From NCBI GenBank assembly GCA_951406725.2, contig OX597830.1, positions 72,974,001 through 73,038,000 of the forward strand: a stretch of DNA of 64,000 nt, read 5' to 3'. Below are positions 27,386 to 39,682 of the stretch, piece by piece (position 1 is the stretch's first letter; every line of letters starts with the position of its first letter). The position numbers were made by a program, and so were the translations under genes. Source of the stretch: Octopus vulgaris (taxonomy: Eukaryota). The notes under the pieces are model-generated. The model saw nothing but the letters and a program-made list of their open reading frames with translations, searched no databases and was not told the DNA's origin.

Positions 27386-27544
27386 ATAGGCGTGGCTGCG
27401 TGGTAAGAAGCTTACTTCCCAACCAACATGGTTCCGGTTACAGTTCCATTTCATGTTACATTTGGCAAGTGTCTTCTGCTGTTGCCTCGGGCTGACCAAA
27501 GCCTTGTGAGTGGATTTGGTAGACGGACACTGAAAGAATTCTGC

Positions 27545-27545
<1 letters not shown>
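27386..27545 (+). mobile_element. SINE group B, 5' half
   Basis: Head and core present; ends at the internal (TG)n. Confidence 0.8.
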
Positions 27546-27591
<46 letters not shown>

Positions 27592-27696
27592 ACACAGCGA
27601 GTTTCGGTGAGCAAATGAAACAAAATAGCAATGAACATTTTGTTGGAGTCGAAAATGTTTGATCCCAGACGGACTTAGCAACACAGGCACATTTTT

Positions 27697-28069
27697 TTTT
27701 TACTTGTTTCAGCACCGCCTTTAGTCGAGCAAATCGACCCCAGGACTTATTCTTTGTAAGCCCAGTACTTATTCTATCGGTCACTTTTGCCGAACCGCTA
27801 AGTGACGGAGACGTAAACACACCAGCATCGGTTGTCAAGCAATGCTAGGGGGACAAACACAGACACACAAACACACACACAAACATACATATATATATAC
27901 ATATATACGACAGGCTTCTTTCAGTTTCCGTCTACCAAATCCACTCACACGGCATTGGTCGGCCCGGGGCTATAGCAGAAGACACTTGTCCAAGATGCCA
28001 CGCAGTGGGACTGAACCCGGAACCATGTGGTTGGTTAGCAAGCTACTTACGACACAGCCACTTCTGCGC
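27697..28069 (-). mobile_element. SINE group B
   Basis: Highly similar to 19135-19529. Confidence 0.92.
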
Positions 28070-28280
28070 ACATATTCACATACATCTACATACTCACAAA
28101 TAACTATTCACATAGACTAATAAACAGGAAAGTGTTGGAGTTTGCTTGAAAGATTGTGGGAAATTGAGAGCTTCTTACAATGCAGGAAACTTCAGTTACC
28201 TTTATATGTGATTCATGATGATTGTTCTACGGCAATCAACAAGCTAAGCTTTCTTTAGACTTACCTTTGTTTTAAGCCGT

Positions 28281-28321
28281 CCGCTTCTGATGATGGGCCT
28301 TTGTGCACGAAATATAAATGG
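28281..28321 (+). ncRNA. Minimal type I hammerhead-like motif with canonical core
   Basis: CCGCTT CTGATGA T GGGC ctttgt GCAC GAAA TA TA AATGG; one stem II mismatch and one stem I bulge. Confidence 0.55.
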
Positions 28322-29167
28322 TTCTTTACTTCGCATTTTTGCATCGTGAAAGTTTTCCGTCTTAATTATACGAAGAATCTCCATATGTATGTGACGATGG
28401 TAATAGTAGAGATATTCTATAAGTATGCCCACTTGTAATAAATAGATTAATGGAATTTCAGAATACTTTATTCAAATAATCTTGCCAGAATATATTTTCT
28501 ACACTAATGATAATTAAGTAGTTTCTTGTTTTGGTTTAATTTGAAAATAAAAACAAAAAATCGAAAAATACTCTGTATTTATATTATGAAAATTTGCGCT
28601 ACATTAATAATGCATTTTATTTACAAATATATTAAGAAACGCAGCTGGAATTCGAAATTTTTGTAGACTCCGAAATTTTAGCCATTTCTCATTTTGTAAA
28701 TTCTTTGTGTTTACACGCAATATATTAAAGTGCCAATTTATAAAATTCTAGTAAAACTAGCCCCTCTCCCTCTTTCTGTCGTGAGCATGCTTCTGTGTGT
28801 GTGTGTATGTGCATGTGTGTATGTGTGAGTATGTATATGTGTGAGAGAGAGAGAGAGAGAGAGAGTTATACATAAAATACCACACTGAGAAATCCGAAAC
28901 TTCGAGATTGCATGGGGAACTTATATATGTATATATATCTGTGTGTGTGTATGTGTATCTATCTATATATATGTATGTATGTGTGCGTGTGTGTATGTAT
29001 ATGTATTTCTTTTATTAATATGTATTTATATGTATATATACATACATGCATACATATATATATACGTATATATAGATATCTACACCCAAACTTATATATA
29101 TATGTATATAAATGTATATATATTTGCTTGTATATATGTATAAAGGCATATATACATATATATATAT

Positions 29168-29202
<35 letters not shown>

Positions 29203-29781
29203 TGTGTGTGTGTGTATGCAGAAATAATTAAGATATTTCTCGGTTATGTGTAAAGATGGACGGGCATAAATCAGTCTATATCTATTTTCTAATCGTTCAT
29301 ACCATTTTTACGTAATAAACAATGGCAGAAAAGTTAAGAATATTGATCTACTGAGGTTTCCCGTATGTAGCACTCCGATCAGCTAGAAATAGTAATCAAA
29401 GAACCTTTAAATGACAACCTCGCCTTTTCAAAATGGTACATAATATTTTCCTTTCTACGTTTGCTAGCAAATACATTTATAATCATTACAGGCAAATACA
29501 TTTATAATCCTCTATATAATATCGTCCTGCCTGAATAGGATTGGCTTAACTATACATAAGATACAAGAAGCTATATGAATACGTTGCGAAATGGCACCAC
29601 ACTCAATGATGATAGTTGGGAAATATACTGAGAGGTTGTGTTGAGCAATAACGGCACCCTAGACTCTTTTAAGATAGTGAAGCTGCAATGAGTACATCTT
29701 TATTTAAGTAACGTGGTTCGACCTGACGAGAAATCAGCATCTGCAGTACTTCAAGGGACCGTTGCGTGTATTAAAAATATA

Positions 29782-30155
29782 TATTTCTTCATTACTCAGA
29801 GGGAGTTAAACATAGAGGGGACACACAAGGACAAAGGAATTAAGTCGATTGCATCGACCTCAGTGCGCAACTAGTACTTATTTAATCGACCTCGGCGAAA
29901 TTTGAACTCAGAACGTAACGGTAGACGAAATACCTATTTCTTTACTACCCACAAGGGGCTAAACACAGACAGGACAAACAAGGACAGACAAACGGATTAA
30001 GTCGATTATATGAACCCCAGTGCGTAACTGGTACTTATTTAATCGACCCCGAAGGGATGAAAGGCAAAGTCGGCCTCGGCGGAATTTGAACTCAGAACGT
30101 AATGACAGACGAAATACCGCTAGGCATTTCGCCCGGCGTGCTAACGTTTCTGCCA
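29782..30155 (-). mobile_element. SINE group C tandem dimer
   Basis: Two bodies joined at the same GACGAAATACC|TATTTCTTT junction seen at 3861 and 51090. Confidence 0.88.
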
Positions 30156-30157
30156 TA

Positions 30158-30850
30158 TACATTATATTAAAAGCATTGGCTACAAAATATCTTAAGTCAC
30201 AAAATGTGTTTTGCACTCGTAAGTAGCAAGAGAAGTGAGATGAGATTTTCTCAAGATCAGCAGAGGCATGCTGCAGCATATCAAATGGAGTCTCAAGAGA
30301 GAAGAGAGATGAGACTTTCCCAAGATCAGCTAAATCATGCAGCAATTCATAATGCTGAATCATTAGAATAGCGTTTAATACACCAGATTAGACAGAAGTT
30401 CGATGCAATTGCTCTCAGAAATAGACAACATGCAAATTCATTCTTCAAAACTCCAGGAACTGCTTTCAGGTAGGATCCATCCCATTCTTTTAAAAAATAA
30501 GATATAGATATTTTGAACACTCTGCAATGCAACACACCTATTGCTAAAGAAGATGATGCCACATGTTATTAACGTCACCATTCTCTCTGGATGTGGAAAA
30601 AGAGAGGATGATTTCATACTCAGGATTGCACTTATTCTATCGGGAGCAGAAATACCTTTTTTCATTCAGAACAGTACAATTTCCTATTCGTATTAGCTTT
30701 GCAATGTCTATCAATAAATTTTAAGGTCAAACACTGTCTGTAGCAGGATATTCGGTTGGAAGAGTCATGCTTCTCATACGGGCAGTTATATGTTGGCTGC
30801 TCTAGAGTAGGAAACAAAAACAAATTATATTTGCATTTGTTCCACAAGGG
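30158..30850 (+). mobile_element. Helitron Rep/Hel internal-deletion derivative (Pif1-type helicase C-terminus), pseudogenised
   Basis: 30520-30830 reads LCNATHL..KKMMPHVINVTILSGCGKREDDFILRI...QFPIRISFAMSINKF*GQTL...CFSYGQLYVGCSRVG (Pif1 motifs V-VI); upstream SQDQQRHAAAYQMESQERREMRL...AFR*DP resembles a Helitron N-terminus. Confidence 0.9.
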
Positions 30851-30940
30851 AAAACATGGTTTATTGTTTACCAACAGTAATTTCATCCTATCATGCGCTC
30901 CAGTATCCACTGCTCCTTGTGAATGGGGAAGATGGATACC

Positions 30941-31178
30941 TATTTCTTTACTACCCACAAGGGGCTAAGCACAGGGAGGACAAACAAGGACTGACGAACG
31001 GTTTAAGTCGATTATATCGACCCCAGCGCGTAACTGGTACTTATTTAATCGACCCCGAAAGGATGAAAGGCAAAGTCGACCTGGGCGGAATTTGAACTCA
31101 GAACGTAGCAGCAGACGAAATCCTGCAAAGCATTGCCGCCCTACATGCTATCGTTTCTGACAGCTCGCCGCCTTAAAT
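30941..31178 (-). mobile_element. Full-length SINE group C monomer
   Basis: 13-bp TSD GAAGATGGATACC at 30928-30940 and 31179-31191. Confidence 0.92.
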
Positions 31179-31758
31179 GAAGATGGATACCATTTCGGCA
31201 TAATACCAACAAACCCGAAGATTGCACCAAAAAAGTAGCTTCTTGTATGGACTTCAGTATCAAAGTATATTTTCCAATTACTCCCACCAACCAAGCAGTA
31301 AGCCGTTATGTCTTATTTTTCAAGTATTTCGTTACTACATGTTCTCATGTGACTGCATAGGCTCAATTTATGTTTCTTATTCTACAACCACACCAGCAAT
31401 CCAATGTCAACTCATTGCCTTCTGCAACATTTCAACAGTTCACTTCCCCGTTTCCGTCTTCTATTGCAGCCCATTTCCAGAATGTACTCATTTACGTACA
31501 ATATTTCCATTAGACCTCCATTCATTTGGCTGTCAACTAGACGATGGATCGTGTTAGACGCAGCGCTGACCGCCTCAAAGACGTGTATTTCCATTGACGG
31601 CTTTTCGATGGGTTCAAAAATTGCATTACCCCACTCCTAAACGGACGTATTATATGTCGATTAGCCAAATTAGACCATCGTTTCCTCCATAAATGTTTTG
31701 TCGTCAATGCGGCACTTTCACGTATCACCTGTTTCAACATAACTGTAATATATTTATG

Positions 31759-31822
<64 letters not shown>

Positions 31823-32069
31823 GTCAAAATAAGGGTATATATATATATATATGTATGTGTATGTATATGATGGAAAGTCGTACTTGTAATATATTATGTC
31901 TAAAAGGAAGGCTTTACTCTCTTATATGCAAACTCACACATATACGCAAACACACGCGCACGCATGCATATATATACACGTACATACATGCATACATGCA
32001 TATATATGCTTGTCTTGTATGTGAAGTTTTAAAAATAGATAAGCAAACTAAAATTATACTCTTTCGTTT

Positions 32070-32193
32070 ATATAGATAGATAGATAGATAGATATAGATA
32101 GATAGATAGACAGATAGACAGACAGACAGACAGACACACAGATAGATAGATATATATAGATAGATACATAGATAGATAGACTGACAGACAGAC

Positions 32194-32259
<66 letters not shown>

Positions 32260-32260
32260 A
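32070..32260. repeat. (GATA)n/(GACA)n microsatellite
   Basis: Direct inspection. Confidence 0.95.
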
Positions 32261-32708
32261 TATGTATGCATATATTAGCATTATTAATATTATTACTAGT
32301 ATTATCATCAACATCTTCATCACACTATTACCTCTGTCGTTCTTAGTGTCAGTATTAATTCCAAAACTCATATATTTATATATTTAACAAATATAAAGCC
32401 TTCACATACACACAGTCCTGTAATGCGGAAGTTGTATATTCTCCACTTAGAGAGCGCTACGCATTACTTATATATCTCTGAATATACTGTAAATTGCTTT
32501 ACTGTAAACCTATATAGTGTTATACATAACTCTCTTAAGTTGTTTTCATTTCTTATTTCATCACATACTACTGCTTGCATTCATCATATATCATCTACCC
32601 CGGTTTTATTTCTTCATTCACTACGTACCGCTCGCATTCTCTCTCTCCCTTCTCCCTCCCTAGCTATCTATCTTTATCTCTCAGTTATATATATATATAT
32701 ATATATAT

Positions 32709-32895
32709 AGTTGAAATTTATAGAAAAACAAAAGACGATGACAGGTGCATGAACAACAAGCAGGTGTATTAGTTTGACACGCGGGAAAGTGAGAAAATCT
32801 TTTACGTTTCGAGCCTACGCTCTTCAACAAGAAGGAATAAGAGAAAATAAACAGAGAGAGAATAAAAAGAAAACTTGTAGATTTAGTGATTTATT
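32709..32895 (-). mobile_element. Short PLE-pLTR-like element with minimal hammerhead variant (motif 32799-32834)
   Basis: CTTC TTGTTGA A GAGC gtag GCTC GAAA CG TA AAAG; abuts (TA)n. Confidence 0.65.
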
Positions 32896-32968
32896 TACTT
32901 TTATGTATATACATAAATAGATACACAGACACACACATATTTTTATGATAGTATGATGTGTGTGTTTA

Positions 32969-33066
<98 letters not shown>

Positions 33067-33107
33067 GACAGAGAGAGAGAGAGAGACAGAGAGAGAGACA
33101 GAGAGAG

Positions 33108-33155
<48 letters not shown>

Positions 33156-33168
33156 TGATTGATAGATA

Positions 33169-33402
33169 TACGAGGTGGCATGAAAATGTTCCTTGACTAG
33201 TTCTGTTCAATAAAAATTAGAAATTATTTACATAAAACCTCATCTCTTTCGAATTAGTCTCCTTGCGCAGCGATACACAGCTCCCAGGGTTCTTGCCGCT
33301 TTTGGAATTCGGCCTGGAAGTTGTTTTCCGTAAGAGAGTCGAGGACCTTCTGCGATTCGCTCTGGATTTCGACAGCTGTATTAAAAGGGCAACCTGTGAG
33401 CT
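33169..33402 (-). mobile_element. Mariner 3' end fragment with TIR (second family)
   Basis: LTGCPFNTAVEIQSESQKVLDSLTENNFQAEFQKRQEPWELCIAAQGD*FE matches the mariner C-terminus LKG.RF...W..RW..CI...GDYFE; TA-CGAGG end. Confidence 0.85.
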
Positions 33403-33762
33403 ACTGGATTTGAAAATTTATGATATATAAGCACTAGGCACATGATGGATTGCCCCATATTTATATGTTTAATCTAGGGCTACCTGTTGATGAAGACTTC
33501 ACCTAGCAAATTATTTTATTTGCTAATTTTTTTATTCTTCATTCCCTTCGAAATTTATCCCTAATAGTGTTTGGATTTTGGCTATTCCTTCTAACGCGCC
33601 AGGTATCCTATGATTGATGCCTCCTCTATGTTTCAATGTACACTCAATTTATATGAATAATATATAGTCAATTGACTAAATTTTCTACAGGTTAGGCCAC
33701 TGGTAGTAAAAATTTCTAAAATGTTTTACTCTGATATTATTAACACACACACACACACACAG

Positions 33763-33843
<81 letters not shown>

Positions 33844-34189
33844 ACATTTATATACATATATACATGCATACTTACACACACACTATTTATATATATATAT
33901 ACAATTTTCTACGCTCACGCATCCACATACGCGCGCGTGTATGGCAAGAAACACTGATTTATGTCAAGCACACACACTAGGATAAAGGATTTGTGCTTGT
34001 ATTATTATTGTTGTTTTCATTGCTAACCAACCAACAGCAGCTTTAATCTTAATCCTGGTCCCGGATTAAAAGATAACCATCAAGCGGAAAGCTGTTAAAA
34101 CCGTCCAATGTTCTCTCTTGATGAACATGTTCAACGGTCTAGCATTGCATTGGACGAACAGCGACACTACCGGCTGCACTCACGACATA

Positions 34190-34258
<69 letters not shown>

Positions 34259-35289
34259 CACTACTACTACATGTAAAATTTTGATTACATCTACAAAGAT
34301 AAGGTTACTACTGCTTCAACCGCCACTGCTGCTGCTGCTGGTACCACTGCTGCAGATGATGATGATGATGAGAAGGAGGAGGAAGAGGGGGAGATGAAGA
34401 GGATGGTGATATGCTGAGAAGGAGGAAGATGTCAACAATGACGATGATGACAATGATGATGATATCGTTGATAAAACCATGGTGATAACAGCGATGATGA
34501 AAGCCATCGTGATGGTAATGAGGAGTAGGAGAAGACCGATGCTGAAAATGATGACAATGGTGATATCAGAAAGGAAAATGCCTCCTCTTTCAGAGAAGCC
34601 ATTACATTCGATGATATAACCTACCCCTGCATTCGACTAGTCTCTTATTTCATTGACCCTCCATCACACTTCTACAAGCAATACACAATTAATATCAGCA
34701 ACTTCGATTTATCCCTATGCAAGCAAACACGGGAGCATTTATGTGGTCCTCGGAATGCAAGAATTAACAACGTAATATACCTCAAAATATATCTTGCTGT
34801 CTTTAAAAGAGGTACACATTATTTAAAAGTGAGCCGGGTCCTCCGCAGAGGGTAATCACAGCCAGAATACCTTTGATCATATATCTGCTCGAACAGGTTT
34901 GGCATAGAGCTATGTAATATCAATAGTTTTTATAACTGAGGAACAAGTTCATTATACTAATTTCTTATTTTTGTTGCTTTTTTCTGAGAAAAAACGATGT
35001 ACTCAAAATCCTTCTGCACATTATATGACTGGTTGTCGACTGAGGAGAGATAAAATACAATTTTAACTATACCATTCCTGATAATTAAAAAAAGAAACAA
35101 AAGGCAGATGCAAAATGATGGCATCAAAATATATAATAGTTTCATTTCTTCACCCATTTCACAGGAGTCACAATGTAGATATTCGTATCTATAGAATAAG
35201 ATAAAGGGTAAAGACAATCTTCGATCATGAATGACGAAGGGGTTGCACCTAGAAAGTTACCCTCCGAGGCATAAGCCCGGGCAAATTGT

Positions 35290-36500
35290 TCAAAGTTTGG
35301 CACAGGGCCAGCAATTTTGAAGGGAGGAGAATGTCGATGCCATTGACCCCAGTGATCAATTGGTACTAAATTTTATCGACCCCGCAAGGATGAAAGCAAA
35401 GTCGACCTCGACTGAATTTGAACCCGCAGCGTAAAGTTGGACGAAATTCCGATAAGCATTTGCCCAGCGTGCTAACAATTCTGCCAGCTTCAAAATTGCT
35501 GGCCTTGTGCCAAACTTCGAAACCAATAATAGCAACCAGCAGTAGCAGCAACGCTGACAGTAATGCTTTCACTGGACTTAGTTCTCTGACAAATTATAAA
35601 AAACAAAATTTACACGTATGACATGGCTTAATTAATTATTAACGCTTTGCGAAAATTAATTAAAATTTCTGCCGTTTTGCTTGTATAACATTCCTGTTTG
35701 TGTATGTTCGTTTACAGTCAGTAAACTTTGCATACACACTCGCGCGCGCAAGCACACACGAATGCGTTCTCAAATACACAAATAGGCACGTAACAAAATT
35801 TACAACTAATCTGTATTAATATTTTGTTTTTGTCTATATTTGTGTATTTATTTCATTCATTTTACAAATATATTTAATCAAGTTGAATGCTTCGATATTG
35901 AGGAGCTATTTCGCTTATGCAAAATAGACAAAAGAAAAAGAGAAGTTAATGCAAAGAAGCCTTATTACAGCCTCTAACAAAATTTCTTTATTTAATTTCG
36001 TTCTCATTTCTAAATCGTATGAATTTAAAACCTAAACCGGTTAATCATAATCCTTTCTGCTAAAGGCACAAACCTGAAATTTGACGGCAGGGGACTAATT
36101 AATTACATTGACCACAGTGTTTCACTAGTACTTAATTTATCGACCACGAAAGGATGAAACGCAAAGTCGACCTCGGCGGATTTAAAGCCAGAACGTAGCG
36201 ACGGGCAAAATACAGCTAAGCATTTCGCCCGTCGTGCTAACGATTCTGCCAGCTCGCCGCCTTCATTAATTATAATAATATTAATGATGATTTTAATTTT
36301 TGGCAAAAGGGCCAGTAATTTCTGGAAAAGGAGTTAGTTTAGTACATTGGCCTCAAATGGTAAAGTTGTACTTATTTTATCGACCCCGAAAGGATTAAAG
36401 GCCAAGTCAACCTCGGTTGAATTTGAACACAGAGCAGAAAGCCGAAAAAGGTACCTGGAATCTTTTGGACCGTCGTGCTAACGATTCTGCTAGTTCGCTG
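35290..36500 (-). mobile_element. Three group C SINE copies (about 35290-35490, 36045-36263, 36295-36500)
   Basis: Shared AAAGTCGACCTCG..GAATTTGAA and CGTGCTAACGATTCTGC segments. Confidence 0.8.
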
Positions 36501-36557
36501 GCTAATCAACTTGTCCGCTCCCCCAAAATTTCAGGCCACGTGCCTACAGCAGAAAGG

Positions 36558-36607
36558 ATTATTATTATCATTATTGTTGTTGTTGTTATTATTATTATTA
36601 TTATTGC

Positions 36608-36650
<43 letters not shown>

Positions 36651-36666
36651 ATCATTATTATTATTA

Positions 36667-36719
<53 letters not shown>

Positions 36720-36917
36720 AAATTAGTGCCATTTGAGCACTGGGGTCGATGTAATCGAATTGCCTCTTTCTCCGAACTTGCTGGCCTCGTGCTACTATTT
36801 GAAACCATTATTAGATTAGAAATTAACATCATCATCATTATCAGCATCAGCATCATCATCATCATCATCAACATCATCATCATCATCGTCATCATCATCA
36901 TCATCATCATCATTATT

Positions 36918-36976
<59 letters not shown>

Positions 36977-36998
36977 TATTATTATTATCATTATCATT

Positions 36999-37087
<89 letters not shown>

Positions 37088-37098
37088 CATCATCATTA
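36558..37098. repeat. Compound (ATT)n/(GTT)n/(CAT)n array with an embedded group C tail fragment
   Basis: Direct inspection. Confidence 0.93.
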
Positions 37099-37349
37099 CG
37101 GGTGGTTCTTTAGTTCATCGACCTAGTAGTTCATCGATTCCAAACGATAAATAGCGAAGTTCACAGTGGCGGCTATTAAGTTCAAGTTGAAGTATCTTAT
37201 TTAAAATACCACAAAGAATGTTTGTCCGGCATTCTAACGACTTTTCCAAACCAATGTGTTTATAAAAAACAACTACAACAACAATAATTATAAGGTATAT
37301 ATGAATATAAATGCATCGATATATGTATGTGTATCTATGTATGTATATA

Positions 37350-37397
<48 letters not shown>

Positions 37398-38412
37398 TAT
37401 GTATGTTAGCTATATATATATATATATGTTAAAGTGTTAGAGACATATGCTTCCTTGAAGCGTGATACAGCATCTAAATAATGTTTATGTTTACTGAAAA
37501 CTAAATACAGAAAAAAGTAATACATGAAATGCGATAGTACAATGATATTTTGAAGCGAAATCAATCTTTGCTTTAAAGACAGAAGTTAATTTGTTTAAAT
37601 GAAAACATCGATTTTGGCGATCTTTTATGTGAATAATAATGCAGATAAGGAGAGTGAAAAAAAATAATAACTGATGAGGTATTTAATACGTATAGAAGGC
37701 TTTAAGGGAGATAAGCTTTGCTGTATGGACAGCGAAGACAAGATGGCGCTAAAAGATATCGCAGCGATAAGATGATTTAGAGTAACTATGAAATTTTCAA
37801 TAATTAGCGTATTTTAAAAGGTGTCGTGCCATGAGATAAAAGGAATATATGGGGATAGATAGTTATGCCATTATCTTCAACAAAAATATTTTAAAATAAT
37901 GATATATACATCAATATTGAGTGAAGATGTTATAATCTAGTCGTTAGGGGCGAAGATTTGCGAGATGGGTTTTAGTTGGCTGGGAAAATAGCAGTTAACT
38001 GATAGGTCTTTTCTTTGTTTCATCCTTTTTTGTTTTTTAATTGTATTCAGCAAGTGAAGTTGGAGCATGTTTCCATCCACAAATACAGAAAGCTAGTCAA
38101 CTTCACACAATCTCGAAAACACACACATATACACTCATATATACATCATACGCGCACACGAATGGTAACGAGATTTTACATATACATTCGTGCGAGAGAT
38201 ACTGTCGTTTTCCTATTATGCAAGTATGTCTGTGTGAGAGAGAGACAGAGAGAGACACACAGACAGACAGAGACAGAAAGACAGAGAGCGAGAAAGTGAA
38301 AGAGGGTGAGAGTGTGTGCGTATGTGTGTATGTGTGTGTGTGCTTCTGTGTGTTGTGAGAAGATATTCGTGTAAATGTTTATATTAATTATTAATATTAA
38401 ATATTCATGGAG

Positions 38413-38474
<62 letters not shown>

Positions 38475-38600
38475 CAAAATTTAACTTCAGATGAATATGG
38501 TACTTAAGGTAAAGAATTTAGTATGGTATTATCCATATAATTTAAAATAAGGTGAAAATAAGGTGAATTACCACTGAATATCCTTGTTGATTATTTTGAT

Positions 38601-38703
<103 letters not shown>

Positions 38704-38706
38704 GTA

Positions 38707-38779
<73 letters not shown>

Positions 38780-39001
38780 CAATCAATATAGGCTGGCAAA
38801 AAAATTTGTAGAATTCTTTTGCCACCAGCGGCCTAGTGGGAAAAAATTAAATAGTCATAAACCATTTTTAAGTTCAACATCACAATCAAGGAACGGCCAT
38901 AATAGGCCATTCACCCACTAGAAATAACAGCCAAAAGCTTTAACCGCAAAATAACATCAATTCCGTAAACCAGGAGAAAATTAAAAAACATTTACCCTGT
39001 A

Positions 39002-39108
39002 ATTTCTTAGACGATGCACCGTTTCATCTACTGTTTAATGGTAAACTAACCTGATTAAATTAAATCAAGCCAATCTACCATATGCCCTTAGATTCATCAG
39101 TAAGAAAT
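39002..39108 (-). ncRNA. Type I hammerhead ribozyme, canonical core, GUC site (copy 1)
   Basis: ATTTCTTA CTGATGA ATCTA-[long hairpin]-TAGAT GAAA CGGTGCATCG TC TAAGAAAT: 8-bp stem I, 5-bp stem II plus a 19-bp extension rich in G.U pairs, near-palindromic stem III. Confidence 0.88.
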
Positions 39109-39133
39109 AGCCAAGAAGTGATTTTATGAGTAT

Positions 39134-39229
39134 ACTTTTCCTGATGAATGGGACTATACCCGCATGGTTTGTGAGATTTCTATTAATTTTTCTACCAGGA
39201 CATGAACTCTGGAAACGGCCGTAGAATGT
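39134..39229 (+). ncRNA. Degenerate opposite-polarity hammerhead-like motif
   Basis: TTC CTGATGA ...64 nt... GAAA CGGCCG TA GAA; perfect ACGGCCGT stem III palindrome, weak stems I and II. Confidence 0.55.
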
Positions 39230-39575
39230 GGATTTCGTCGAATTGTGTTATATACCTTATATACCATTTATATTAAAAACAAAATACATATGAAATTCTA
39301 TGGATCTTTTAATTTAAACTCTTAACTGCTCTTAAATTTAGTACGAAAAAGTTTTTTATCTGTTCTCTTTTCGCAAATTTTTTTCCACATATATCCCACA
39401 TGGGTTTTATTTAAATGTATCTTTCTGTATAGTTATAAACCATTTTTAAGTTCAACATCACAATCAAGGAATATAATAGGCCATTCACCCACTAGAAATA
39501 ACAGCCAAAAGCTTTAACCGCAAAATAACATCAATTCCGTAAACCAGGAGAAAATTAAAAAACATTTACCCTGTA

Positions 39576-39682
39576 ATTTCTTAGACGATGCACCGTTTCA
39601 TCTACTGTTTAATAGAAAACTAACCTGATTAAATTAAATCAAGCCAATCTACCATAGGCCCTTAGATTCATCAGTAAGAAAT
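39576..39682 (-). ncRNA. Type I hammerhead ribozyme, canonical core, GUC site (copy 2)
   Basis: Same core and stems as copy 1; differences are confined to the stem II extension and internal loop. Confidence 0.87.

Noticed and set aside
30520-30830. Host PIF1 helicase gene
   Set aside because: Stops and frameshifts, no introns, and a Helitron-type upstream segment
31200-31600. GNAT acetyltransferase suggested by RRKRGSELLK in ORF 31412-31594
   Set aside because: No other GNAT motifs; frameshifted reading (VEMLQ...VDI) fits a decayed RTE endonuclease start better, but is too weak to annotate
37668-37700. CTGATGAG plus short hairpin
   Set aside because: No GAAA after stem II
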